A stretch of 48,396 nucleotides of DNA from Bacteroidales bacterium (GTDB lineage: Bacteria; Bacteroidota; Bacteroidia; Bacteroidales; VadinHA17). The position numbers were made by a program, and so were the translations under genes. The stretch spans positions 1 to 48,396 of the forward strand of contig JAVEZD010000003.1 of NCBI GenBank assembly GCA_034003165.1. Reading direction: 5' to 3'. The notes under the pieces were generated by a model. It saw nothing but the letters and a program-made list of their open reading frames with translations, had not been told where the DNA came from and ran no database searches. How positions within the stretch are numbered: the stretch's first letter is position 1; each line of letters starts with the position of its first letter. Positions 6,960 through 16,210 of this stretch are shown piece by piece.

Positions 6960-9900
6960 ATGAGGGAATCCGTATTACTTGCGCTGATACATATTTTTGC
7001 CATTGTGTCGACAATCAACCCGGGGGGAATAACCTCGAGGGGCAAAAAGATACTGCGCAGCTATTTACGAAGATACCTCAACCGGGAACTGGAAGAGGAG
7101 TATTATGCTCTTTTTGAAAATAACCTTGAGTTTTATTCAAATGAGCTGAAAAGCGTTGACAAGTCTGAGCTGGCCGACGAAGATTCCCTGATTACCTTCC
7201 AGATTACCAATATATGCCGTCAGATCAAGAAGGGCCTTTTTCTTGAGGAAAGGATGATAGTCTTTCTGCAGCTTCTGGAATTCACCTCCGAGGACGGGAA
7301 TGTTTTGGACCAGGAGCAGACTATCATCGATATTGTTGCCAGGACCTTCAATATCTCTAAGAAGGAATACGATAATGCTTCAGCCTTCATGATAGGAAGG
7401 AACTACGACAGGGTCTCATCCGACTGCATCCTGATAATTGAAAATGAGAACCCGAAATACTGGGCTTCATCACAATATACCAACTATGACAAGTGGAGGC
7501 ATATAAGGCTGAAGGGTTTCAGGGGGCAGCTTATAGTACTTCATATAGAAAGTACAGGATCGCTTGTCATGACCTATGACGGGCCTCAGACATTGTATTT
7601 CAAGGGCCGGGATATAATTGCCTGCAGGCCTTATCTCCTCGAACGCGGGGTAAACATAAAAGGGCAGGGCCTGGAACCAATTTATTACTCAAGGATTTAC
7701 AAGAAATTTGTTTCAAGAAAATTCCCGGAGAAGATAATTTTTGAAGGGCACAACGTTGAATATCTCTTTAAAAATTCAGATAACGGGATCAAGAAAATGA
7801 ATTTCCGGATTGAGTCGGGGAACCTTACAGGCCTTATGGGAGGCAGTGGTGTAGGGAAGACCACTATGCTCAATCTTCTTAACGGGAAGCTGAAGCCCCG
7901 CAGAGGCAACCTGTATATTAACGGGTATGATATTCATGATGAATCAGATAAGCTTACCGGACTGGTTGGATTTGTTCCCCAGGATGATATGCTTATAGAG
8001 GAACTCACCGTTTACCAGAACCTTTATTTCAATGCCAGGCTTTGCTTTGGTGATTTTACAGAAGACCAGCTTAATGTAACCGTCGATAAGGTCCTGGCCG
8101 ACCTCGACCTGGCCGATATTAGGGATCTCCAGGTGGGTGACCCTCTCAACAAAATGATTAGCGGCGGACAGAGGAAACGCCTTAACATAGGTCTCGAGCT
8201 GATGCGCGAGCCCGCGGTACTCTTTGTTGACGAGCCAACGTCAGGCCTTTCTTCATTCGATTCGGAGAAAGTAATGATGCTTCTTAAGCATCAGGCCATG
8301 ACCGGCAAGCTTGTTTTTGCCATTATCCATCAGCCTTCCTCGGGCGTACTTAAGATGTTTGACCGTCTCTGGATCCTCGACAAAGGAGGCTATATGATAT
8401 ATGATGGGGATCCGGTTGAGGCGCTTGTTTATTTCAAGACTGAGACATCGCAGGCTAATGCCGCTGAAAGCGAATGTCCCAATTGTGGTAATATCGAAAC
8501 TGACAGTATACTGCATATTATTGAGGTAAAGACTATAGATAATACAGGATATGCCGGGAAGGAGAGGCAGGTCAGCCCCAGGGAATGGAATGAGAGATAC
8601 AAGAGGAAGATGATGCCTGTTATTGAGAAAGTACCTGATAAACAGCCACTTCCTCAAAGCCTGTTCAGAGTTCCCGGGAAAAAGGAACAGATAAGAACCT
8701 TCATCAGGAGGAATATAACCCGTAAACTTGCTGACAGGCAGTATATGACAATCAACCTGCTTGAAGTCCCCCTTCTGGCATTTATCCTGGGATATATCTC
8801 GAAGTACAGTGAAAACGGGGAATACATCTTTTCGGCCAACAAAAACTACCCCGTATTCCTGTTTATGTCGGTTATAGTTGCACTTTTCATAGGACTTACT
8901 GTAAGTGCTGAGGAGATTTTCAGGGACAGGAAGATTCTTGAGAGAGAGAAATATCTAAATATAAGCAGGTTGAGTTATCTTGTGTCGAAGATAAACTTCC
9001 TTTTTGCTCTCTCGGCTATCCAGACTCTCATCTTTGTGGTTGTTGCAAACCTTATTCTGGAGGTAAGAGGGATGTTATTCCAGCAATGGCTAATACTGTT
9101 TTCAACAGCCTGCTTCGGTAATATACTGGGCCTTAATATCTCGGCGGGTATGAGGACAGCTGTTAGCATTTACATCCTTATACCACTGCTTCTTGTGCCC
9201 ATGCTTCTGCTCGGGGGTGCCATGATCAAATTTGATGACCTTCACAAATCAATAAGCAGGAAGATATATGTCCCGGTGGCCGGCGATATCATGGTTACAA
9301 GGTGGGCATATGAAGCCCTTATGGTCGAAGAGTTTAAAAACAACAGGTTTGAGAAGCCCTTTTTCAGCTTCGATATGGAGATAAGCCAGAACGACTGGTA
9401 TGCATCATTCCTGGTCCCGACGCTGAGAGTAAACATTGAAGAGAGCAGGGTCTCGGTTAAGGATCCTGACTATGCTGTTTTTAATGAAGATAATCTGAGA
9501 AAGATCAGGTTTCATATAAATGAGGTATCGGAGCTCACCGGTCTGGAGCCCGGAAGCTGGGAGCAAAGGCTTAATCCGGAGGATTTCAATGAGATGGTTG
9601 CCATGGAAGCAAAAGCCTATCTCGATACTGCAGGACTTGCTTTCAGAGAAAGAAGCCGTCGTGTATCGGTCAGTCGTGATTCACTGTATAAGCAGATCAT
9701 GAATGATCTGGGAGAAGAGGCTTTTCTTGATGGAAGGGACAGGGATTATAATGAGAGTGTGGCTAATTTCGTGCTTAACAGGCTGGCCACCAACAGAATT
9801 TATGATTCGGGCAAAAGGCTGGTCCAGAAAGCCGACCCTGTCTTTATGAAGCCGGGATCAAAGGCAGGACGTGCACACTTTTTTGCTCCCTTTAAGCAGA

Positions 9901-10073
9901 TAGGAAAGCTGAGGATTGACACCCTGCTTTTCAATGTGATGGTAATATGGTTTATGTCAGGCTTCCTGTTTGTAACACTTTATTATAATATCCTTAAACG
10001 TTTCATTGTGTTTCTTGAGTCGCTCAAATTACCTCTCTGGAGGAAGTTCGGAAGGGAGTTGCTTCAGTTTTAA
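6960..10073 (+). CDS. ABCG/White-type ABC transporter: fused ATPase and ABC-2 permease with an N-terminal extension of ~290 aa
   Basis: 1037 aa. ATPase motifs: Walker A GGSGVGKTT, Q-loop VPQDD, signature SGGQRKRLNIG, Walker B VLFVDEPTSGLS, H-loop IIHQPS. The C-terminal half is a polytopic ABC-2-type membrane domain. The N-terminal ~290 aa are not part of a canonical ABC core. Confidence 0.85.
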   Translation: MRESVLLALIHIFAIVSTINPGGITSRGKKILRSYLRRYLNRELEEEYYALFENNLEFYSNELKSVDKSELADEDSLITFQITNICRQIKKGLFLEERMIVFLQLLEFTSEDGNVLDQEQTIIDIVARTFNISKKEYDNASAFMIGRNYDRVSSDCILIIENENPKYWASSQYTNYDKWRHIRLKGFRGQLIVLHIESTGSLVMTYDGPQTLYFKGRDIIACRPYLLERGVNIKGQGLEPIYYSRIYKKFVSRKFPEKIIFEGHNVEYLFKNSDNGIKKMNFRIESGNLTGLMGGSGVGKTTMLNLLNGKLKPRRGNLYINGYDIHDESDKLTGLVGFVPQDDMLIEELTVYQNLYFNARLCFGDFTEDQLNVTVDKVLADLDLADIRDLQVGDPLNKMISGGQRKRLNIGLELMREPAVLFVDEPTSGLSSFDSEKVMMLLKHQAMTGKLVFAIIHQPSSGVLKMFDRLWILDKGGYMIYDGDPVEALVYFKTETSQANAAESECPNCGNIETDSILHIIEVKTIDNTGYAGKERQVSPREWNERYKRKMMPVIEKVPDKQPLPQSLFRVPGKKEQIRTFIRRNITRKLADRQYMTINLLEVPLLAFILGYISKYSENGEYIFSANKNYPVFLFMSVIVALFIGLTVSAEEIFRDRKILEREKYLNISRLSYLVSKINFLFALSAIQTLIFVVVANLILEVRGMLFQQWLILFSTACFGNILGLNISAGMRTAVSIYILIPLLLVPMLLLGGAMIKFDDLHKSISRKIYVPVAGDIMVTRWAYEALMVEEFKNNRFEKPFFSFDMEISQNDWYASFLVPTLRVNIEESRVSVKDPDYAVFNEDNLRKIRFHINEVSELTGLEPGSWEQRLNPEDFNEMVAMEAKAYLDTAGLAFRERSRRVSVSRDSLYKQIMNDLGEEAFLDGRDRDYNESVANFVLNRLATNRIYDSGKRLVQKADPVFMKPGSKAGRAHFFAPFKQIGKLRIDTLLFNVMVIWFMSGFLFVTLYYNILKRFIVFLESLKLPLWRKFGRELLQF

Positions 10074-10093
10074 TGATCTGATCACATAAGTTT

Positions 10094-10876
10094 ATGAACA
10101 GGGTAAAACCAAAAAAGAGTCTTGGTCAGCATTTCCTGAAGGATAAGGCTATTGCCAGGAAGACAGCCGGATCGCTTTCAGGAATTGGCTATTCATCGGT
10201 ACTTGAGATAGGTCCCGGGATGGGTATCCTGACTGCCTGCATTATAGAACTGGGCTTTAAAGACTTCCGGGTAATTGAAATTGATGACGAGTCGGTTACT
10301 TTTTTGAGGGAGCATCTTCCTGAGATGACTAATATAATAAGGGGTGATTTCCTGTCTTTCGATCTGGAGTCGGCTTTCCCGGGGAAGCTTGCAATAATCG
10401 GTAATTTCCCATATAATATTTCCTCCCAGATACTATTCAGGGTGCTTAAGTACCGCCATATGGTTGCCGAGGTTTGCGGCATGTTCCAGAAGGAAGTGGC
10501 AGAAAGGATCTGTGCTCCTCCGGGATCAAAGACCTATGGGATTCTTAGTGTGCTTGTGCAGGCCTACTACAGCGCCGAATACCTCTTCACCGTGCCTGAA
10601 CATGTTTTTAGTCCTCCACCGAAAGTAAAATCGGGAGTGTTAAGGCTCCGGAGAAATGAAACTGACAGGCTGGATTGCAACGAAGAACTTTTCTTCAAAG
10701 TTGTAAAAGCGGCGTTTAACCAGAGGAGAAAGACTCTAAGGAACTCAATACGGTCGGCCTTCATACTTACCAGGGATGATTTTCCGGGTTCGGAGCTACG
10801 TCCCGAGCAGCTTTCAGTAAAGCAGTTTACTGAACTTACCATATGGATTGATGAGCACCGGAAAGACTCAGAATGA
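10094..10876 (+). CDS. rsmA: 16S rRNA (adenine1518/1519-N6)-dimethyltransferase
   Basis: 260 aa. Motifs seen: KKSLGQHFL start, SAM motif VLEIGPGMG, and NFPYNISS. Confidence 0.92.
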   Translation: MNRVKPKKSLGQHFLKDKAIARKTAGSLSGIGYSSVLEIGPGMGILTACIIELGFKDFRVIEIDDESVTFLREHLPEMTNIIRGDFLSFDLESAFPGKLAIIGNFPYNISSQILFRVLKYRHMVAEVCGMFQKEVAERICAPPGSKTYGILSVLVQAYYSAEYLFTVPEHVFSPPPKVKSGVLRLRRNETDRLDCNEELFFKVVKAAFNQRRKTLRNSIRSAFILTRDDFPGSELRPEQLSVKQFTELTIWIDEHRKDSE

Positions 10877-12115
10877 GAATCCGATAGCGTCGACAGGATT
10901 CATTCGTGCAGCACTGTAGGCGGGAGCATAACCGGCCACAACACCTATGGTTGCTGAAATGAACATGGCAAGTAAGGCATTCCCCGGTGTCAGATGCATA
11001 TCGAGTTCGTAAAGGTAGTTTATCCCGAGCGTGGCAATAAATATAAGAAAGAGTCCCAGAATCCCGCCCATCACTGAAAGGACAACCGACTCTGTGAGGA
11101 ACTGCTGAAGGATGAAACTTTTTTTTGCTCCCAGAGCTTTCTGGATCCCGATAATATTGGTTCTTTCCCTGACAGAGACATACATAATGTTTGCAATGCC
11201 AAAGCCTCCCACTATGATTGCAAAGCCACCGATAATCCAACCACCCATGTTTATACCCTGGAAGACGGCATCAAAGCCCTGCGAGAGCATGCTTGACCTG
11301 TTAACTGAGAAATTGGAATCCTCGGCCGGCTTAAGCCTTCGCGAGGCCCTTAGTATCATTGTTATCTCGTCCGAAAGCTCCTGAACCTTAACTTCGGGCC
11401 TGGCCCTTACCATTATCTGGGCATCTATGAAGCGGTTTCGCAGGTTCATGAAGTTCCTGCCAAAGTTCAGGGGGACAAGGGTAACCTGGTCGACATTGCT
11501 CAGACTGATTCCACCTTTTCCTTCTTTCTTGATGGTGCCTATTACTGTTGCTTTATATCCGGCAATAGTGACCTCTTTGCCAACAGGATCTTCGTTGTCA
11601 AAGAGTCTTTCGGCGACCTCGGCACCCATAACTGCTACATGGCTCCCGCTTGTATAGTCAAAGGGAGAGAAATATCTTCCGCTGCCAATCTCAAAGCTGA
11701 CAGCCTTGTCGAGGTCGGCAGTTACCGAACCAACGATGGCATCTTCGGCTATGTTATTCCTGAATTTAATGTTCTCATTTTCAAATGCTCCGAAGGAAAC
11801 AGTCTCTGCCCTGGTTGATTTATCGATAATGGCCTGATAATCATCCAGACCTACTGAAGGCCAGCTGACCAGATCCCACCAGTTGATATCCGAGTCAAAC
11901 GACCAGGGGTATTTCTGAACATATACCACATTACTACCCATGGTGTTTATGCTCTTACGGATCGAATCTCCCATCCAGTCGATGACAGTAAAAACTGAAA
12001 TGATGGAGAAGATTCCGATTGTTATGCCAAACAGTGAGAGGAAGGTCCTCAGCTTGTTGACTACTACAGAATTGTAGGCAAATAATACACTTTCCCTGAA
12101 AAGCCTGAAATACAT
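10868..12115 (-). CDS. MacB/FtsX-family ABC transporter permease (no adjacent ATPase)
   Basis: It has an N-terminal TM ([20 protein letters not shown]), a large periplasmic domain and a C-terminal FtsX-type 3-TM domain. The track start at 12121 is GTG; the ATG two codons downstream (12115) is more likely. The 3' end overlaps the rsmA stop by 9 nt, convergently. Confidence 0.85.
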   Translation of the reverse strand: MYFRLFRESVLFAYNSVVVNKLRTFLSLFGITIGIFSIISVFTVIDWMGDSIRKSINTMGSNVVYVQKYPWSFDSDINWWDLVSWPSVGLDDYQAIIDKSTRAETVSFGAFENENIKFRNNIAEDAIVGSVTADLDKAVSFEIGSGRYFSPFDYTSGSHVAVMGAEVAERLFDNEDPVGKEVTIAGYKATVIGTIKKEGKGGISLSNVDQVTLVPLNFGRNFMNLRNRFIDAQIMVRARPEVKVQELSDEITMILRASRRLKPAEDSNFSVNRSSMLSQGFDAVFQGINMGGWIIGGFAIIVGGFGIANIMYVSVRERTNIIGIQKALGAKKSFILQQFLTESVVLSVMGGILGLFLIFIATLGINYLYELDMHLTPGNALLAMFISATIGVVAGYAPAYSAARMNPVDAIGFSF

Positions 12116-12149
12116 TACCACGGATTGGCGTTTATTAATTACAGTGGAT

Positions 12150-12157
12150 CAAAGATA
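12150..12157 (-). promoter_or_regulatory. Bacteroidota -7 box TATCTTTG (minus strand) for the FtsX-family permease
   Basis: Exact TAnnTTTG match about 35 nt upstream of the ATG at 12115. Confidence 0.45.
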
Positions 12158-12282
12158 CAAAAATCCGTCATCATGGAATCATTTGCTCATATTCATAATT
12201 ATTTTGCATTGAGGATATTAAAAAAATATCTATTTTTAATCGCCATAAAACTCAGGGAGCGACAAATCATAACCTTCAGATA

Positions 12283-13806
12283 ATGAATGAAAAAAAAATC
12301 AAGAGTGCACTGGTCTCTGTATATTATAAAGATGGCCTCGGAGAAATAATAAAAGCCCTTCATGAGGCTGGTATCAGGATCTTTTCAACAGGAGGAACTT
12401 ATAGTTTCATAAAGGATCTCGGGTATGAGGCGGAGACTGTTGAGAGCCTTACAACCTATCCCTCAATACTTGGAGGCCGTGTAAAGACTCTTCATCCATC
12501 GGTTTTCGGAGGTATCCTTGCCCGCAGAAACAATCCTGAAGACCTGGGACAGCTGGAGCAGTATGGAATACCGGAGATGGATCTTGTTATAGTTGATCTT
12601 TATCCCTTCGAAGCCACAGTAAGGGAGACAGACAATGAGGATCAGATAATTGAAAAGATAGATATAGGCGGCATATCCCTTATAAGGGCTGCTGCAAAGA
12701 ATTACAGGGATGTTGTAATAATCTCCGGAAAGGATCAGTATCCTGAACTACTTAGTCTCCTTATCGAAAGGAAGGGGATAAGTTCCCTTGAAGAGAGAAG
12801 GTATTTTGCTGCAAAGGCTTTCATGACTTCCTCGGGCTATGACACGGCAATTTTCAGATACTTCAACAGAAAAGAAAAGCTCACGGCATTCAGGGAGAGT
12901 GTCGATACTTACTATCCGCTCAGATACGGAGAGAATCCTCACCAGAAGGCTGTCTATTTCGGCGATCCTGATTCGGTATTTGAAAAGTATCATGGCAAGG
13001 AGATCTCCTTCAACAATCTTCTTGATGTTGATTCTGCTGTAAACCTTATAGACGAATTCGATGAAACAACTTATGTTATCATCAAACACAACAATGCATG
13101 CGGAGTTGCTTCAAGGGCTACTGCCACCGAAGCCTGGAAGGATGCTCTGGCCTGTGATCCTTTGTCAGCCTTTGGCGGAGTGATAATAACAAACCGACCT
13201 GTTGAGGAGGATACGGCCCTTGAAATAGACAAGCTCTTTTTTGAGATTATTATAGCTCCATCATACAGCGACAATGCACTTGAGGTTCTCAGGCATAAAA
13301 AGAACAGGATTATTCTCCGGCGTAAGACATCAGAACCTGCCTCGCATTCATTCAGGTCGGTCCTTAACGGCGTTTTATGGCAGGAGAAGGATTTAAGCAG
13401 GGAGCTTTCAGGTGATATGAGACCTGTTACCGGAAGAACCCCTTCTGCTGACGAAACGGAAGACCTTATTTTTGCCAATAAGATAGTCAAGCACAGCAAG
13501 TCTAATGCTATAGTTTTGGCACATAACAGGCAGCTGTGCGCCAGCGGAATAGGTCAGACATCAAGGGTGGATGCTCTTAAGCAGGCTATTGAAAAAGCCC
13601 GTAACTTTGGCTTTAATCTTAACGGTGCAGTTATGGCTTCGGATGCCTATTTCCCTTTCGGTGACAGTGTGGAGCTGGCCCATAAGGCTGGCATCGCAGC
13701 CGTTGTCCAGCCGGGAGGATCGGTTCGTGACCAGGAATCAATTGACTATTGCAATGCAAATAATGTGGCAATGGTATTTACAGGGATCAGACACTTCAAA
13801 CATTAA
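12283..13806 (+). CDS. purH: Bifunctional AICAR formyltransferase / IMP cyclohydrolase
   Basis: 507 aa. It has the MGS-like N-domain (ALVSVYYKDGL...STGGT), RYGENPHQ, and the C-terminal VQPGGSVRD motif. Confidence 0.95.
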   Translation: MNEKKIKSALVSVYYKDGLGEIIKALHEAGIRIFSTGGTYSFIKDLGYEAETVESLTTYPSILGGRVKTLHPSVFGGILARRNNPEDLGQLEQYGIPEMDLVIVDLYPFEATVRETDNEDQIIEKIDIGGISLIRAAAKNYRDVVIISGKDQYPELLSLLIERKGISSLEERRYFAAKAFMTSSGYDTAIFRYFNRKEKLTAFRESVDTYYPLRYGENPHQKAVYFGDPDSVFEKYHGKEISFNNLLDVDSAVNLIDEFDETTYVIIKHNNACGVASRATATEAWKDALACDPLSAFGGVIITNRPVEEDTALEIDKLFFEIIIAPSYSDNALEVLRHKKNRIILRRKTSEPASHSFRSVLNGVLWQEKDLSRELSGDMRPVTGRTPSADETEDLIFANKIVKHSKSNAIVLAHNRQLCASGIGQTSRVDALKQAIEKARNFGFNLNGAVMASDAYFPFGDSVELAHKAGIAAVVQPGGSVRDQESIDYCNANNVAMVFTGIRHFKH

Positions 13807-13833
13807 GCTTCATAAAAAATTAACTCTCGCATA

Positions 13834-14856
13834 ATGGGACTATTTTCTTTTTTGACTCAGGAAATTGCAATTGACCTCGGAACTGCAAATACAATAATTA
13901 TCCACAACGACAAGATTGTTGTGGATGAACCTTCAATAGTTGCACTCGACAAAAACTCAGGGAAGCTTATCGCCATTGGCGAGACTGCCAGGCAGATGCA
14001 TGGGAAGACCCACGAAAACATTAAGGTGATAAGGCCTTTACGTGATGGGGTTATTGCCGACTTTAATGCTGCCGAGCTTATGATCAGGGGTATGATAAAG
14101 ATGATCAACAAGGGGCCAAAGTTTTTTTCGCCATCGCTAAAGATGGTTGTCTGTATCCCGTCGGGAAGCACTGAGGTTGAAATAAGGGCTGTGCGTGATT
14201 CATCCGAACACGCAGGCGGACGGGATGTATATATGATCTATGAACCAATGGCGGCAGCCATAGGTATCGGACTGGATGTGGAGGCCCCCGAAGGATGCAT
14301 GGTTGTCGATATCGGTGGCGGTACGACAGAGATAGCTGTAATAGCTTTGGGTGGTATAGTATGCAATAAGTCAATAAGAATTGCCGGAGATGGATTCACT
14401 GCTGATATACAGGCTTATATGAGGCATCAGCATAACATTAAGATTGGCGAGAAGACAGCAGAGGATATTAAGATCGCTGTCGGAGCTGCCCTGCCTGATA
14501 TTGATAATCCCCCGGCCGACTATATTGTCAGGGGTCCCAATATTATGACCTCTCTTCCAATCGAGATTCCGATCTCATACCAGGAGATAGCCTATTGCCT
14601 CGATAAATCGCTTACAAAGGTTGAGGCTGCCCTGCTGAGTGTTCTCGAACAAACGCCGCCTGAACTATATGCTGATATAGTAAACAAGGGTATTTACCTG
14701 GCGGGAGGAGGAGCTTTATTGCGTGGGCTTGACAAACGCCTGGCTGACAAGATAAATATTCATTTCAATGTTGTTGAGGATCCGCTTCACGCTGTCGCAA
14801 GAGGAACCGGGGTCGCCCTGAAGAATGTTGAGAAATTTCCATTCCTGATGAGATAA
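13834..14856 (+). CDS. mreB: Rod-shape-determining actin homologue MreB
   Basis: 340 aa. It carries the IDLGTANT and DIGGGTTE phosphate-binding motifs and is the first gene of the mreBCD-mrdA-rodA block. Confidence 0.96.
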   Translation: MGLFSFLTQEIAIDLGTANTIIIHNDKIVVDEPSIVALDKNSGKLIAIGETARQMHGKTHENIKVIRPLRDGVIADFNAAELMIRGMIKMINKGPKFFSPSLKMVVCIPSGSTEVEIRAVRDSSEHAGGRDVYMIYEPMAAAIGIGLDVEAPEGCMVVDIGGGTTEIAVIALGGIVCNKSIRIAGDGFTADIQAYMRHQHNIKIGEKTAEDIKIAVGAALPDIDNPPADYIVRGPNIMTSLPIEIPISYQEIAYCLDKSLTKVEAALLSVLEQTPPELYADIVNKGIYLAGGGALLRGLDKRLADKINIHFNVVEDPLHAVARGTGVALKNVEKFPFLMR

Positions 14857-14870
14857 ACCTGAAAACGTGA

Positions 14871-15692
14871 ATGAGGAATCTGCTTAATTTTATTGCCAGA
14901 TACAATAACCTGATAGTCTTTCTGATTCTTGAAGGTATAGCATTTTCCCTGCTCGCCACCGGTAACAGCTATCATAACAGCAGGCTTATAAAAGGTATAA
15001 GGGGAATCACCTATGGTATTGAAAGGAAGGGTTCGGATATACGCAAATATCTTCAGCTTAATGAAATCAACAGGGCACTCGCAAGCGAGAATTCATACCT
15101 GAAGAATAATATAGAACGTCTCATAAGGCAGAGCAGTATTGAATCAGGAGAAATAGCCGATACCATGTATCAGCAACAATATAATTATATTGTTGCTGAG
15201 GTGGTTAATAATTCTGTCAACAAGCAGAAGAATTTCATTACAATAGACAAAGGCCTTCGTCATGGCATAACTACAGATATGGGTGTGGTTACCAACCAGG
15301 GAATTGCCGGGGTTATTGTCGGGACTTCTGAGAATTATTCAGTGGCAATGTCGTTACTTAATATAGACCTTAAGATAAGCGCGAGACTGAAGTCGAACGG
15401 TTATTTCGGATCGCTGAACTGGGACGGCACAGACTACAGGCAGGTGGTACTTAATGAAATACCACAACATGTGAATGTGCAGACGGGTGATACAGTTGAG
15501 ACGACAGGCTTTTCAGCAATGTTCCCCGAAGGTGTGATGATCGGGACTGTTGCGGAGGTCGGGCAGACCGGCAGTGATTTTTATATGGTTAAAGTGCAGT
15601 TGACAGAGGATTTCAGAAGACTACGATTTGTAAATGTGGTGGGCAACCTGATTAAAACTGAAAGGTTGCAGCTTGAAGAGGAGTATCAATGA
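14871..15692 (+). CDS. mreC: Rod-shape-determining protein MreC
   Basis: 273 aa. It has an N-terminal TM helix, a coiled-coil region and a beta-rich C-domain (GIAGVIVG..., TGDTVETTG). It lies between mreB and mreD. Confidence 0.85.
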   Translation: MRNLLNFIARYNNLIVFLILEGIAFSLLATGNSYHNSRLIKGIRGITYGIERKGSDIRKYLQLNEINRALASENSYLKNNIERLIRQSSIESGEIADTMYQQQYNYIVAEVVNNSVNKQKNFITIDKGLRHGITTDMGVVTNQGIAGVIVGTSENYSVAMSLLNIDLKISARLKSNGYFGSLNWDGTDYRQVVLNEIPQHVNVQTGDTVETTGFSAMFPEGVMIGTVAEVGQTGSDFYMVKVQLTEDFRRLRFVNVVGNLIKTERLQLEEEYQ

Positions 15693-16210
15693 TAAATTCT
15701 GTTATAAGATATGGCTTTGTGAGTATCCTGCTGATCATGCTTCAGGTGCTGTTTTTTAATAATATCCAGTTCAGTGGCTATATTAATCCTTATGTCTATA
15801 TAATGATTATCCTGTTGCTTCCCACCGAGCTGCCCCAATGGGTTGTGCTGGTTGCGGCGTTTATTACAGGACTTATAATTGACTTCTTCTCGGGTTCGCC
15901 GGGGATGCATGCCTCTGCAACCGTTATGGCAGCTTTTGCCAGGCCTTATATCCTTGGACTCATCTCGCCCCGTGACGGCTATGAAACCGGCTCTTCCTTA
16001 TCCATGGCCAATTACGGCATCAAATGGTTTCTTATCTATTCAACCTCAGTGGTATTTCTTCATCACCTGGTTCTGTTTTATCTTGAGGTGTTCAGGTTCG
16101 ATGACTTCTTCAGAACCTTTCTTAGGGTTCTACTTAGTTCATTATTCACCCTTGCTTTTATTTTTCTGCTTGAGTATTTCAGGAAAGGGAAGTCAAGAAC
16201 AAGGATATGA
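15689..16210 (+). CDS. mreD: Rod-shape-determining protein MreD
   Basis: 173-aa polytopic membrane protein. It has 4-nt overlaps with mreC (15689-15692) and mrdA (16207-16210), in the canonical position. Confidence 0.75.
   Translation: MINSVIRYGFVSILLIMLQVLFFNNIQFSGYINPYVYIMIILLLPTELPQWVVLVAAFITGLIIDFFSGSPGMHASATVMAAFARPYILGLISPRDGYETGSSLSMANYGIKWFLIYSTSVVFLHHLVLFYLEVFRFDDFFRTFLRVLLSSLFTLAFIFLLEYFRKGKSRTRI

Noticed and set aside
10868-10876. 9-nt convergent overlap of the rsmA and FtsX-permease stop regions
   Set aside because: It is real but common in compact genomes. It implies only the absence of an intergenic terminator, and no further structure is visible.
10836-11240. 134-aa alternative-frame ORF within the FtsX-family permease gene
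   Set aside because: Cys/Arg/His-rich translation with no family resemblance. The permease frame has clear TM and FtsX-domain features.
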